Virus record (IMG/VR): IMGVR_UViG_3300035670_000160
Coordinates: 6,957 to 70,956 of that record
Reading direction: 5' to 3' (one strand)
DNA: 64,000 bases
Source: a virus
Below are positions 1 through 8,848 of this stretch, piece after piece (position 1 is the first letter of the stretch; each line of letters begins with the position of its first letter). The notes beneath the pieces were generated by a model, which worked only from the letters and a program-made list of their open reading frames with translations, was not told the DNA's origin and ran no database searches. Both the position numbers and the translations under genes were made by a program.

Positions 1-83
1 ACTTTATTATGGCTACTGCTAATCAGCATGAGACATATCTGTACCTCTTACGACAAAGAACCTCTAACCGCAACTAATAAGAA

Positions 84-1283
84 ATGGGAGGGGTGACAAT
101 GACAATAAAAGAGTATTTATCTCAGCAGTCTAATTTGAGTCCCCAGATAGTCACTATGCTTGAGCATAGTGATAGGTTTGCTTCTGCGTCTTCATCGTTA
201 GAGGGCAGATTTATCCGCCTTGCGTATGTAGAGCCTAAGTATAGACCCCTGATATTGCCTTATTTCAAGCTAAAATTGGCTGCCGACGGTTCCATTCGTA
301 AAAGATATGAGAATGAGGCTTTTGATTTGGGTGATAGGGAGGGACTAAGTATAAACACGGTTTTAAGCTATTCGTATGACTCTCGTTCACCTGTACACAA
401 AGAGGCACAAAGGCTAGTTCGAGAACTTCAGCAGAAAATGATTCGGGAGCGCGCCAAGAAACAAGCTGACAAGTTGAATCCTTCATTGACTGAAAAAATT
501 AGAGATGGTGTAAATGCGGTAGGTAGAAAAGCATTCAGAGAAGTGGGTTATGGTATAGAAGCTGTTGCAGATAAATTTGATTTCGGAAGTCCCCAACAAT
601 CTTTTGTTGAAACCTTTGGCAAAACGGTGGATGTCGCAGCTGATGTTGCCGAGCTTATGGGGGGTAAGTTATACAAAAGTCTTTGGGATTCTGTAAAAGA
701 CACAAAGGTAGCGGATGAGAAGCGATTTAAAGATTATGTGACCTGTGGTGCAAAAGTAGCAGCTAAGTCAGGTGCTGCTATTCTTGGTTCTGTGGGTGTT
801 TTGGGATTGCAGGCGGGGACAGTCGCGGCGAGCGTGCCAATAGGAATTGTAGGAGGTGCGATAAGCGGGGCAGGTACTGCATTAGGAAATCTCGCAGGGT
901 TTGGTATGAATAAGCTAGGGAAAGTCTTTGAGTGGGTTGGGAAAGAGCCAAAGGGTGGTAAAAAAGCCTCGGATAGAAAGAAAGAACTTGGGGAGAAGCT
1001 GAAAACCACTATTTTGGATATGCTCTCTAGCATAGACCCTACTACCGTAGAGGCGTTAGAGCAATTTGTGGACTTAGAGGGGAACTTTAGAGAAGACTTG
1101 TTTGAAAAAGACTTGGAGAATGCGACTGAACAGATGAAGAGAGATTTAATAAAGTCTTTTAAGAAAATCAAAAAAGATTCTGAGGGTGAAGCAGAAACAG
1201 AAGAAAAGGAAGAAGAGGAGACTAAGGGTTCAAATAAGAAAGACTCCGATGTTTTATTCAGCGCAAAGACTGCTTCTTTCTAA
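84..1283 (+). CDS. hypothetical protein with Gly/Ala-rich hydrophobic hairpin and acidic C-terminus (possible virion-internal protein)
   Basis: 399-aa ORF; GAAILGSVGVLGLQAGTVAASVPIGIVGGAISGAG segment; ends ...AKTASF. Confidence 0.6.
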   Translation: MGGVTMTIKEYLSQQSNLSPQIVTMLEHSDRFASASSSLEGRFIRLAYVEPKYRPLILPYFKLKLAADGSIRKRYENEAFDLGDREGLSINTVLSYSYDSRSPVHKEAQRLVRELQQKMIRERAKKQADKLNPSLTEKIRDGVNAVGRKAFREVGYGIEAVADKFDFGSPQQSFVETFGKTVDVAADVAELMGGKLYKSLWDSVKDTKVADEKRFKDYVTCGAKVAAKSGAAILGSVGVLGLQAGTVAASVPIGIVGGAISGAGTALGNLAGFGMNKLGKVFEWVGKEPKGGKKASDRKKELGEKLKTTILDMLSSIDPTTVEALEQFVDLEGNFREDLFEKDLENATEQMKRDLIKSFKKIKKDSEGEAETEEKEEEETKGSNKKDSDVLFSAKTASF

Positions 1284-1366
1284 GATTTTTTGCTCCAAAA
1301 GTATTAATAAAAGTAAGCTAGTAGCTTTCTAAGGTAATGTTAGGGCACTCATCTTAAGGTGTTCTT

Positions 1367-1642
1367 ATGCGCTTCTTTTTTCTCACTCTGTTGTTCTACC
1401 TCTCGGCTTGTTCTTCCTCTCCAAGAGTACCTGTAATATCCTGTTCTATGTTAGAGGAGGAGAGGGCAGACCTTATTTGGTTGCTTCAAGATTATAAGCC
1501 AAGCTCATTAGAGTTCAAACGTGTCACCGCACAGATTGAGCAGATGACTCATTTAATTTTTCGTTGTTATTATCCAGAACAAAGTGACTTTTCCCCTGAA
1601 GAAGAGTTTTATTTCCCTGACGAGGGTGGTTTTACCTGCTAG
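1367..1642 (+). CDS. putative lipoprotein
   Basis: MRFFFLTLLFYLSAC lipobox-like signal; AAGGTG SD upstream. Confidence 0.6.
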   Translation: MRFFFLTLLFYLSACSSSPRVPVISCSMLEEERADLIWLLQDYKPSSLEFKRVTAQIEQMTHLIFRCYYPEQSDFSPEEEFYFPDEGGFTC

Positions 1643-1692
1643 ATAGTGGTTTTTAAGATTATATTTCTTATAGGGAGAAGATATATGACTGC

Positions 1693-2565
1693 ATGAGGTG
1701 GAGTATGTCCAATCCCCTATACGATGTAAAAATGAGAGAGAGGTATCTTGCGATAGTTCTTTTGGATTTAATTGGTAGCACCTCATATGTCCAAAAGTAT
1801 GGCGCTCGAAAAGCTGCGATTCATTTTCAAACACATGACAGAATGGCTCGTAGTTTATTATATAAGTTCCGAGGTAGGGAAATAGATAGGTCAGATGGTT
1901 TTCTATGTTCTTTTGAGTCCGTATTAGACGCGGTTAATTTTGCCCTTCACTATCAATCAAGCATACCAAAAAAGGTCAAGATAGACGCTCGGATAGGCAT
2001 ACATTGGGGGATTATTGTAGAAGTTCATCAAGACGAGTTGTTTGTAGCAAATAATGCAAAGCGCATTGAGCTAGAAGGACTCTCTAAAAATATAGCAGCC
2101 CGCACAATGAGTCTGTGTCAGGCGGGTCAGGTTTTACTCACCGAGGAAGCCTTTAAAATCATACGAAATAGGACTAACTCTGAAACTCCCAAAGGAACTA
2201 TGTTCTCTTGTGTCGGTGTTTATCGCTTCAAAGGAGTCTCAGAACCTCAAGTCATATATGCAGTCGGGAGTACTGTAGATAGTCTTCAGCCCCCCCCTTC
2301 TTCAGAGAAGGTCAAAAGACTTGGCGGCCCCGAAAAAATTAAAGTTCGCCTAAGAGATAGGCAAATCAAAGATGTCCTTCGTTGGGTTTATTGGAAACTC
2401 GCGGTCGCTTCTGTGTTTATTTGGATAGGTATTTTTTATTTCATTGTTTCTTATGAACTCTTGCGGTTCATGCTTGGTTTAGAATGGTTCTCTTGGGTGG
2501 ACTCTCTCAACTATTATATCCCCTTAATCATAGAGGAGGCGATGAGGAGATGTCGGATAAAGTAA
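1693..2565 (+). CDS. class III adenylate/guanylate cyclase-domain protein with C-terminal transmembrane segment (likely start 1705)
   Basis: IVLLDLIGST, DRSDGFL, RIGIHWG, NIAAR, GQVLLT, GVYRFKGV motifs; hydrophobic C-terminal helix. Confidence 0.85.
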   Translation: MRWSMSNPLYDVKMRERYLAIVLLDLIGSTSYVQKYGARKAAIHFQTHDRMARSLLYKFRGREIDRSDGFLCSFESVLDAVNFALHYQSSIPKKVKIDARIGIHWGIIVEVHQDELFVANNAKRIELEGLSKNIAARTMSLCQAGQVLLTEEAFKIIRNRTNSETPKGTMFSCVGVYRFKGVSEPQVIYAVGSTVDSLQPPPSSEKVKRLGGPEKIKVRLRDRQIKDVLRWVYWKLAVASVFIWIGIFYFIVSYELLRFMLGLEWFSWVDSLNYYIPLIIEEAMRRCRIK

Positions 2566-3011
2566 ATTTTTCAGAGTCTGAGAAAGCAAAAAGAGGATGG
2601 TGGGCAAGTGTAGTCTTTATGGGACTTATTGTTGCTCTCATCATTTTTCTCTCTTATGTACAGATAGTCGAGGACAATAGAGATATTCTGATAGGGATAG
2701 TCGGTGTCCTTACAGGGTCTATCTCAAGTATGCTCGCTATCGCGAGCGGGCGTGACCCAAGCGAAGTAGACGCTCTTAAGGATAAGCTAGGGGCAGCTAA
2801 TGCAGACCGCGCCGCCCTCATTGCTCGCTTAAGAGATGCTCAGATACAACTTCAACTTCTACGCGAGCAGATGTTTCAACTACAGAGCGCGGTCATCAAC
2901 AAGCTGTCTGTCTTTGTGGGTGAAAACCCCATCAAGACTCAGAAAGAAGATGATATTGTTCTCCCTAAGATTGTAGATGAATGGACACCTAAAGAGGACA
3001 ACGAGAAATAA
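2550..3011 (+). CDS. two-TM membrane protein with coiled coil
   Basis: ATG at 2550 after GAGGAG-rich sequence, overlapping cyclase end; two hydrophobic helices then heptad region. Confidence 0.7.
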   Translation: MSDKVNFSESEKAKRGWWASVVFMGLIVALIIFLSYVQIVEDNRDILIGIVGVLTGSISSMLAIASGRDPSEVDALKDKLGAANADRAALIARLRDAQIQLQLLREQMFQLQSAVINKLSVFVGENPIKTQKEDDIVLPKIVDEWTPKEDNEK

Positions 3012-3016
3012 TTATT

Positions 3017-3541
3017 TCAATCTTCAATAGAGTATGTAGAGACCGGTGTAGAAATAAAGCGGTCGCAGTTCAAGTGGTCACGAATAAAATCTTTAATCTT
3101 AGTAGTCATATGGGTCTTAGAAACATACTTGGGGATATATGGGGAACGCAAGACACCCTTCACAATCAAGTCACCCTCTTCGGTCTTATAGACACCTAAG
3201 ATGTCGGTCTTGTATTGCTTTGGCGTATTAAGAGGACGAAAAGGATTATTTCCCTCAAGTGAGGCTAGGGTTGAAGGGATGAGTCCATAACAAGAGTCGG
3301 AGTTTGTTCCATAAAGAGCCAAGTTAACCTCTTGCTCTGTAACATTCTCAAAACCCTCAAAAGTTCGGAGGTACTCAGTTGCAGACTGCAAAGAGTGTTG
3401 CTCGGTGAAGTTTATAAACTTTGCGTAGTTCGCCTGAAGCACCGTTCCATAAGTGATCGTAGGGTCAATCTTGACCTGCTCATTATTTCTGAGTGTCGCT
3501 AAAATCATCAGTACCCTCTCTTTTTTCAAGTTTAACATCAT
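3017..3541 (-). CDS. hypothetical protein
   Basis: 174-aa ORF preceded by TCTGATAT motif on minus strand. Confidence 0.6.
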   Translation of the reverse strand: MMLNLKKERVLMILATLRNNEQVKIDPTITYGTVLQANYAKFINFTEQHSLQSATEYLRTFEGFENVTEQEVNLALYGTNSDSCYGLIPSTLASLEGNNPFRPLNTPKQYKTDILGVYKTEEGDLIVKGVLRSPYIPKYVSKTHMTTKIKDFIRDHLNCDRFISTPVSTYSIED

Positions 3542-3626
3542 CGGGTAGTCTTGTCATATCAGAAACGACAAGTTATTTCCGATTTATTTCTTATTTTATT
3601 TCTTATTTCTCAGGAGGTGTTTGATT

Positions 3627-5135
3627 ATGAGTAAGAATGTGCCTGTGGATAAGAAGCTGTGGGCAGAAATACAGGCTCTCGCTAAGGGTGAGTCTGACAA
3701 GCCTGTGAAGAGGGGTCAGAACTCAGTCAACCCTGTGAACGAGGGTAAGGGTTTTAAGACATTTCCTTCTGCTTACGCGAATGGATGGGCGTTAGCTCAG
3801 TACAAGCGTCTTGGGGGTAAATGGAAAAAAGAGGGGTCTGAGTACGAGATGCCTCGTAAGTGGGACAAAGAGCATTGTGAGTCTAAGACTTGTGATGAGA
3901 TGGGGTTTTCTGAGAAGGCTTCTTGCAGACCTTACAAGAACTGCTATAGCAAGTCAGCGGGTCGAGTCGTAGAGAGATACGCGGCCAAGAGAGATGACCC
4001 TAAGATGAAGAACACAGGTAAGGGAGGGTTAGGTACTTGGTTTGCGGGTCATGGCGGAGGAAACCCTGATGACAGGGCGACATGGGGAGATTGGATAGCG
4101 GTTACTCCTGTAAAGCATACAATAACGAAAGAAGACGGAGAGAAGAAGACCTATGAACCCGGAGACATTGTTGGCCCATGTGCCGTATCTAGTGAGAAGG
4201 AGTGGGCAGATGTCACAAGCGGGGGAAAGAAACCACTCAAGTGTATGCCACGAGAGAAGGCTTGGGGAATGTCAAAAGAAGAGCGCGCACAACTCGCCAA
4301 AAAGAAGCGTAGGGAAGAGGCGAAACATCGTGGGCAAAAGCCTGTTAATACTCCGACTTTTAGTGAGGAAGCTAAAGAGATTACTAAGAAGGCTAGACTA
4401 AAAAAGTCAGACTTTTTTAGAGAGGTCACACCACCAGATGAACTAACAAGTTTTTCAAATGGGACACCTATTTCAAAAGACACCGACATAAGAGGGCAAA
4501 CGCATAGCTCACTTCCAAATGGAGAGACTGCTAGAAATATAGGCAGACCCTCACCAGACTCACCTAACTTGAAGTATAAGAATTTGGATAGGTCTGAGTC
4601 ATATGGGAGGACACCTGCGGAGGGTCAAGATTTTGGTTATGTTCATGATAGTGGGAGTGGTTCGGCTAGGGTCATTCCTTATGATTCAGGTTTTGCCAAT
4701 AACTCATCTGTTTATCGAAGTGCCTCTGGCAGATATGTCTATCATGGTTCGCCCTTTAAGCTGGCAGAAATAACACCTAAACTTCATTATTTAAGTAATA
4801 AGCCCTTAGTGTTTGGTTCAAGCTCTTTTACGATAGCTTTGACTCTTATAGCTTCTTGGGATGATTCAGAGATAGAGTTAGGCGAGGTAGATAAAGACAC
4901 GCCTTATTTGATGGAGAAATATAAGGGGGCTTTTGATGATATTTTCAGAGGAACTAGCGGTTATATTTATACTTTAGACGCAAGGGGTTTCCGAAGCGCC
5001 TTAACTAAGTTTGAGATGGTTTCAACTGAGACACCCAAAATAAAGTCTCGTGTTTATATCCCCGATGTTTTACAAGCTCTAAAAGAGTCAGAGATACAGC
5101 TAATTAGCTTTGATGATAGTTTTTACACAATTTAG
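3627..5135 (+). CDS. multidomain (polyprotein-like) phage protein with C-terminal ADP-ribosyltransferase-like domain
   Basis: AGGAGG SD; PSAYANGW module, Cys-rich module, GLGTWF..KCMP module, C-terminal YVYHGSP...GYIYTL. Confidence 0.6.
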   Translation: MSKNVPVDKKLWAEIQALAKGESDKPVKRGQNSVNPVNEGKGFKTFPSAYANGWALAQYKRLGGKWKKEGSEYEMPRKWDKEHCESKTCDEMGFSEKASCRPYKNCYSKSAGRVVERYAAKRDDPKMKNTGKGGLGTWFAGHGGGNPDDRATWGDWIAVTPVKHTITKEDGEKKTYEPGDIVGPCAVSSEKEWADVTSGGKKPLKCMPREKAWGMSKEERAQLAKKKRREEAKHRGQKPVNTPTFSEEAKEITKKARLKKSDFFREVTPPDELTSFSNGTPISKDTDIRGQTHSSLPNGETARNIGRPSPDSPNLKYKNLDRSESYGRTPAEGQDFGYVHDSGSGSARVIPYDSGFANNSSVYRSASGRYVYHGSPFKLAEITPKLHYLSNKPLVFGSSSFTIALTLIASWDDSEIELGEVDKDTPYLMEKYKGAFDDIFRGTSGYIYTLDARGFRSALTKFEMVSTETPKIKSRVYIPDVLQALKESEIQLISFDDSFYTI

Positions 5136-5896
5136 TCGTCAAATAGAGGCATTTGGTCATGTGTAATATGGGTTTTGATTCTCTCTTGCGCCATTTTTGT
5201 GTAAGAAGGAGACAGCTCAATTCCAATATAGTCTCGGTTATTGTTTATTGCGGCGAGAGCAGTCGTCCCTGACCCCATAAACGGGTCTAAAACCACCTGC
5301 CCTGTTGTGGAAGCCACACACCGATTTGCAAAAGCGAGTGGGAAAGGAGCAGGGTGTTCATTTTTCATTTCTTGAGTGAACTCCCAAATGTCACCGAAAG
5401 CGTTGGCTTTGGGGGCAAGTTTGAATTCAGGCTTCGTGATTAGATAAATCACCTCGTAGGTTGGAAGGAAGTATCCGGAGTTAAAGTTAATACCGCCTTT
5501 CCGTTGCCAAATAATAATCTGACGGACGGGAAAACCCTGAACGATGTCACTTCGGTCTTGTAGTAAACCTCCTTGGACTCTCCACTTATGGTTATAAAAG
5601 ATGGCTCCTGTTGGTTTGAGAACTCTGAACATTTCAGTTAGACAGGCGCGTTGCCAAAGCACATATTCGTCATGGGGCATTGCGTCGTTATGATTGTCAT
5701 AGCCCTCTATAAGTCGTGCGTTTGACCACTTGCCGCCTCGACCATCTTTCATGCCGTTCCCTGTTGAGTTCTTCAGGTTATATGGTGGTGAAGTTACGAT
5801 GGTATCTACACACTCATCGGGTAGAAGGCGCATTGTCTTAACTGCGTCACCTGTGGTGATTTGATTAAGAAAAGGTTCTAGTTGTTTTGATGTCAT
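5132..5896 (-). CDS. DNA N4-cytosine/N6-adenine methyltransferase (beta class)
   Basis: TSPPYN motif IV N-terminal, HPAPFP, VLDPFMGSGTT motif I C-terminal. Confidence 0.95.
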   Translation of the reverse strand: MTSKQLEPFLNQITTGDAVKTMRLLPDECVDTIVTSPPYNLKNSTGNGMKDGRGGKWSNARLIEGYDNHNDAMPHDEYVLWQRACLTEMFRVLKPTGAIFYNHKWRVQGGLLQDRSDIVQGFPVRQIIIWQRKGGINFNSGYFLPTYEVIYLITKPEFKLAPKANAFGDIWEFTQEMKNEHPAPFPLAFANRCVASTTGQVVLDPFMGSGTTALAAINNNRDYIGIELSPSYTKMAQERIKTHITHDQMPLFDD

Positions 5897-5999
5897 CTAC
5901 ATCCCCTAATCGAAAGAGAATACCCTTTAGGGTATTTATATCGGAATCTCTCACTTGGTTGGAGGGTATAATAAAGAGTCTTTTTGAAAGGAGTTCAAA

Positions 6000-7013
6000 G
6001 TGATTTTAGCTGAGTATATTTGGATAGACGGGAGTTGTCCTACGCCTAGAGTGCGTTCTAAGACGAAGGTTTTGTCTCAGGGGCAAAGCCTTCCGCAATG
6101 GTCTTTTGATGGCTCTTCAACAAATCAGGCGGAAGGCGCAAACTCTGATTGTGTTTTGAATCCTGTATTGGTCACACCTGACCCCATACGCGGAGGGGAG
6201 AATATCTTGGTTTTATGTGAGGTGTTTTTACCTGATGGTGAGACACCACATCCTTCAAATACAAGGGCGAAGCTGAGAGAGGTTTTATCTGAGGTGGACT
6301 TGGAAGCATGGGTGGGTTTTGAGCAAGAGTACACTCTTTTTGATGGTTCTAAACCTTTGGGTTTTCCATCTGAGCGTCGTTTCCCACCCGCACAGGGTCC
6401 TTATTATTGTGGTGTAGGCGCGGATGAGGTTTCGGGTAGAAATCTCGTGGAGGCTCATTTAACTGCGTGTTTGACCGCACGACTTCCTATAACGGGTATC
6501 AATGCAGAGGTGATGCCCGGTCAATGGGAGTTTCAAGTAGGCGGACCTCACATAGATGTGTTAGCTGCCTCAGATTATCTTTGGGTGGCGAGATGGCTTC
6601 TCTATCGTATTGGGGAAGAGTTTGGTATTTCTGCAACACTCGACCCTAAGCCTGTTCCCGGAGATTGGAATGGGGCAGGTATGCACACCAACTTCTCAAC
6701 CCGACAAACTCGTGAGGAGGGTGGCTTTTCCGCGATAGTGTCAATTTTAGATGTCTTGAGTCGAAATGTTTCTCGTCACTTACAGGCATATGGTGATGGT
6801 TATGAGATAAGACTCACAGGACATCACGAAACTTGCCGATATGATAACTTTAAATGGGGTGTTTCAGATAGAACCGCAAGTATTCGAGTGCCTCTTCAGA
6901 CACAGAGAGAAGGAAAGGGTTACTTTGAAGACCGGAGACCCAATGCAAACGCAGACCCCTATCGGGTGTCCAAAGAGATGATTATTTCTGCGCATGAGGC
7001 TTTGGGGGGTTGA
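6000..7013 (+). CDS. glnII: glutamine synthetase, type II (GSII-like)
   Basis: AEYIWIDG, WSFDGSST, GFEQEY, QGPYYCGVG, NAEVMPGQWEFQVG, DWNGAGMHTNFST, RLTGHHET, YFEDRRP; 337 aa. Confidence 0.93.
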   Translation: MILAEYIWIDGSCPTPRVRSKTKVLSQGQSLPQWSFDGSSTNQAEGANSDCVLNPVLVTPDPIRGGENILVLCEVFLPDGETPHPSNTRAKLREVLSEVDLEAWVGFEQEYTLFDGSKPLGFPSERRFPPAQGPYYCGVGADEVSGRNLVEAHLTACLTARLPITGINAEVMPGQWEFQVGGPHIDVLAASDYLWVARWLLYRIGEEFGISATLDPKPVPGDWNGAGMHTNFSTRQTREEGGFSAIVSILDVLSRNVSRHLQAYGDGYEIRLTGHHETCRYDNFKWGVSDRTASIRVPLQTQREGKGYFEDRRPNANADPYRVSKEMIISAHEALGG

Positions 7014-7061
7014 TAAGGGGTAAATACTTATATCCTCTAAAAAGGGAAAGTAGAGGATATA

Positions 7062-7256
7062 ATGGAAAACGATTCAAAGGTGTACCCGATAATATTAATG
7101 GGGGTGGATAGAAAAGAGGGTTTAGGTTTCAATCGCCTAAAAGTCGTACATGAACAAGCACAGGGGAAGAAAGAAGAAATCTTTGAGGGTGTTATTTCTG
7201 TACAGATGGTGAACGACTTATTGATTATATATGTTAAAGAGCAAGACTCAAAATAA
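7062..7256 (+). CDS. hypothetical protein
   Basis: 64-aa ORF with GAGG SD. Confidence 0.5.
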   Translation: MENDSKVYPIILMGVDRKEGLGFNRLKVVHEQAQGKKEEIFEGVISVQMVNDLLIIYVKEQDSK

Positions 7257-7265
7257 GGAGTTAAG

Positions 7266-8372
7266 ATGTTTCACCATTTGACATTAGCTGTCCGAGATCG
7301 TGTGATTAGAGAGTTGAGAGACTTTTGGTCTAATCACCCTAGATACCCTGACTTTGCTAAGAATATACAAGGTAAATACTCATTTGATGAGCGCCCTCAG
7401 TTCGGCATGATTGTGAGAACAGGAGGGGCAAGCAATGTGGTTTTGAGCCCCGATAACTTCATAGGAACTGTAGAAGGTTATGTGTCTTTAGCGAAGTTTC
7501 CGGGGAAACCATTTCTAGGTTCGGTGGAGTGGGTTCGTGAAGACCCTTACGCGCAACCTCTAGCGGGAGTCTATCACTTAAAGGTGTTTGAGGGTCAAGG
7601 GTCTGACCCAAACATCAAAGAATATGATGTGTATCACACAAGATATAGAAAGATGTCCGAATCTAACCTTAACTTTATTTCTACGACAGAAATAATATTA
7701 GGGGGTGAGGCGATGGAGGGTTCTGTATCTATCCATGAGCTACCCTCAAGACGAAAACTTGCAAGCTCTGAATATCAAGTAGAAGGGAACAAAGTGACTT
7801 TAACAGAGCCTTTACCAAGAGGGCTGAGTTTAATTATTTCTTATACAGAGGATTTAGGTCAGCAAGGTCCTTTTAGAGTGAAGCCTGCGCGCGCTTATCG
7901 GGATATTATCGAGGGGGTGACTATTGTTTTCGGGCGTAGGCTTCAAGAGGGGGATGAGATGGCGATTCTTGTAGCAGAACAACGAGAAGAAGTTTCTCAA
8001 GAATATGGAGGTCGTTGGGATGTGTCTGTGGAGATGGATTTAATTGCAAGAGATGTACATTCACAGGCGGACATCGCAGACCAAACTGTGGTGTGGATAT
8101 GGTCAACTCTTAGACCGAAGTTAGCGAATATGGGATTAGAGTTATCAGATGTTTCATTGGGAGGCGAAGCAGAAGAAGTTTATGACGATAACGGGGATGA
8201 TTATTTCTACACCGCAAGTATCAGTTTTTCTCTTCAAGTAGATTGGTTTATTCATTTTCCTCTATTTCAGCAGGTGAACAACATCTCGTTAGCGGGCATA
8301 CAATTGAGTCCAATAGAAGCTCCTGTGACGGGTATTGGTAACGATACTGAGTTTATCCAAAGGCTTCTCTAA
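7266..8372 (+). CDS. putative virion structural protein (tail completion/neck-like)
   Basis: AAGGAG SD; upstream of sheath; C-terminal FYTASISFSLQVDWF pattern; Ig-like insert. Confidence 0.5.
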   Translation: MFHHLTLAVRDRVIRELRDFWSNHPRYPDFAKNIQGKYSFDERPQFGMIVRTGGASNVVLSPDNFIGTVEGYVSLAKFPGKPFLGSVEWVREDPYAQPLAGVYHLKVFEGQGSDPNIKEYDVYHTRYRKMSESNLNFISTTEIILGGEAMEGSVSIHELPSRRKLASSEYQVEGNKVTLTEPLPRGLSLIISYTEDLGQQGPFRVKPARAYRDIIEGVTIVFGRRLQEGDEMAILVAEQREEVSQEYGGRWDVSVEMDLIARDVHSQADIADQTVVWIWSTLRPKLANMGLELSDVSLGGEAEEVYDDNGDDYFYTASISFSLQVDWFIHFPLFQQVNNISLAGIQLSPIEAPVTGIGNDTEFIQRLL

Positions 8373-8424
8373 TAAAGAAGCTGATAATCCTTTGATATTA
8401 AATCGCTTAAACATGGAGGTTAGT

Positions 8425-8847
8425 ATGCCAATTCTGAAGTATTTGTGTTCAACTTGTGGTTTGAAGTTTTCAAAGAGAACTTCAGCCGACACACAGACAT
8501 CAACGTGTTCGTGTGGTGCAATTGCACAGGTTGAGACACAGGGGCTTTCTTTGGGTTTTACAGGAAGTGTCTCTAATTCAATGAAAGCTCAGACGACAGG
8601 GTTGGAGTCTTTTGATTTAAACTTTGACCGCGTTGTTGGAGAAGACTCACGAGAAAAGTGGGAAGTCATCTACCAACGCAGAAGAGATAAATGGGACTTG
8701 ATGGCGCAACACAACGCTCAAGGTAAAGACTTAATAAGAATGGAAGACCAGACTTATAAAGTCATACCCGACATGAGCAATGCGTTACGCTCTAATCGTC
8801 TAACCGCTATGGATACACTAAAACCAAGTAGCTCAGAGGAGAAATAA
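8425..8847 (+). CDS. FmdB-like zinc-ribbon protein
   Basis: MPILKYLCSTCG...CSCG; GGAGG SD before ATG 8425. Confidence 0.65.
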   Translation: MPILKYLCSTCGLKFSKRTSADTQTSTCSCGAIAQVETQGLSLGFTGSVSNSMKAQTTGLESFDLNFDRVVGEDSREKWEVIYQRRRDKWDLMAQHNAQGKDLIRMEDQTYKVIPDMSNALRSNRLTAMDTLKPSSSEEK

Positions 8848-8848
8848 G

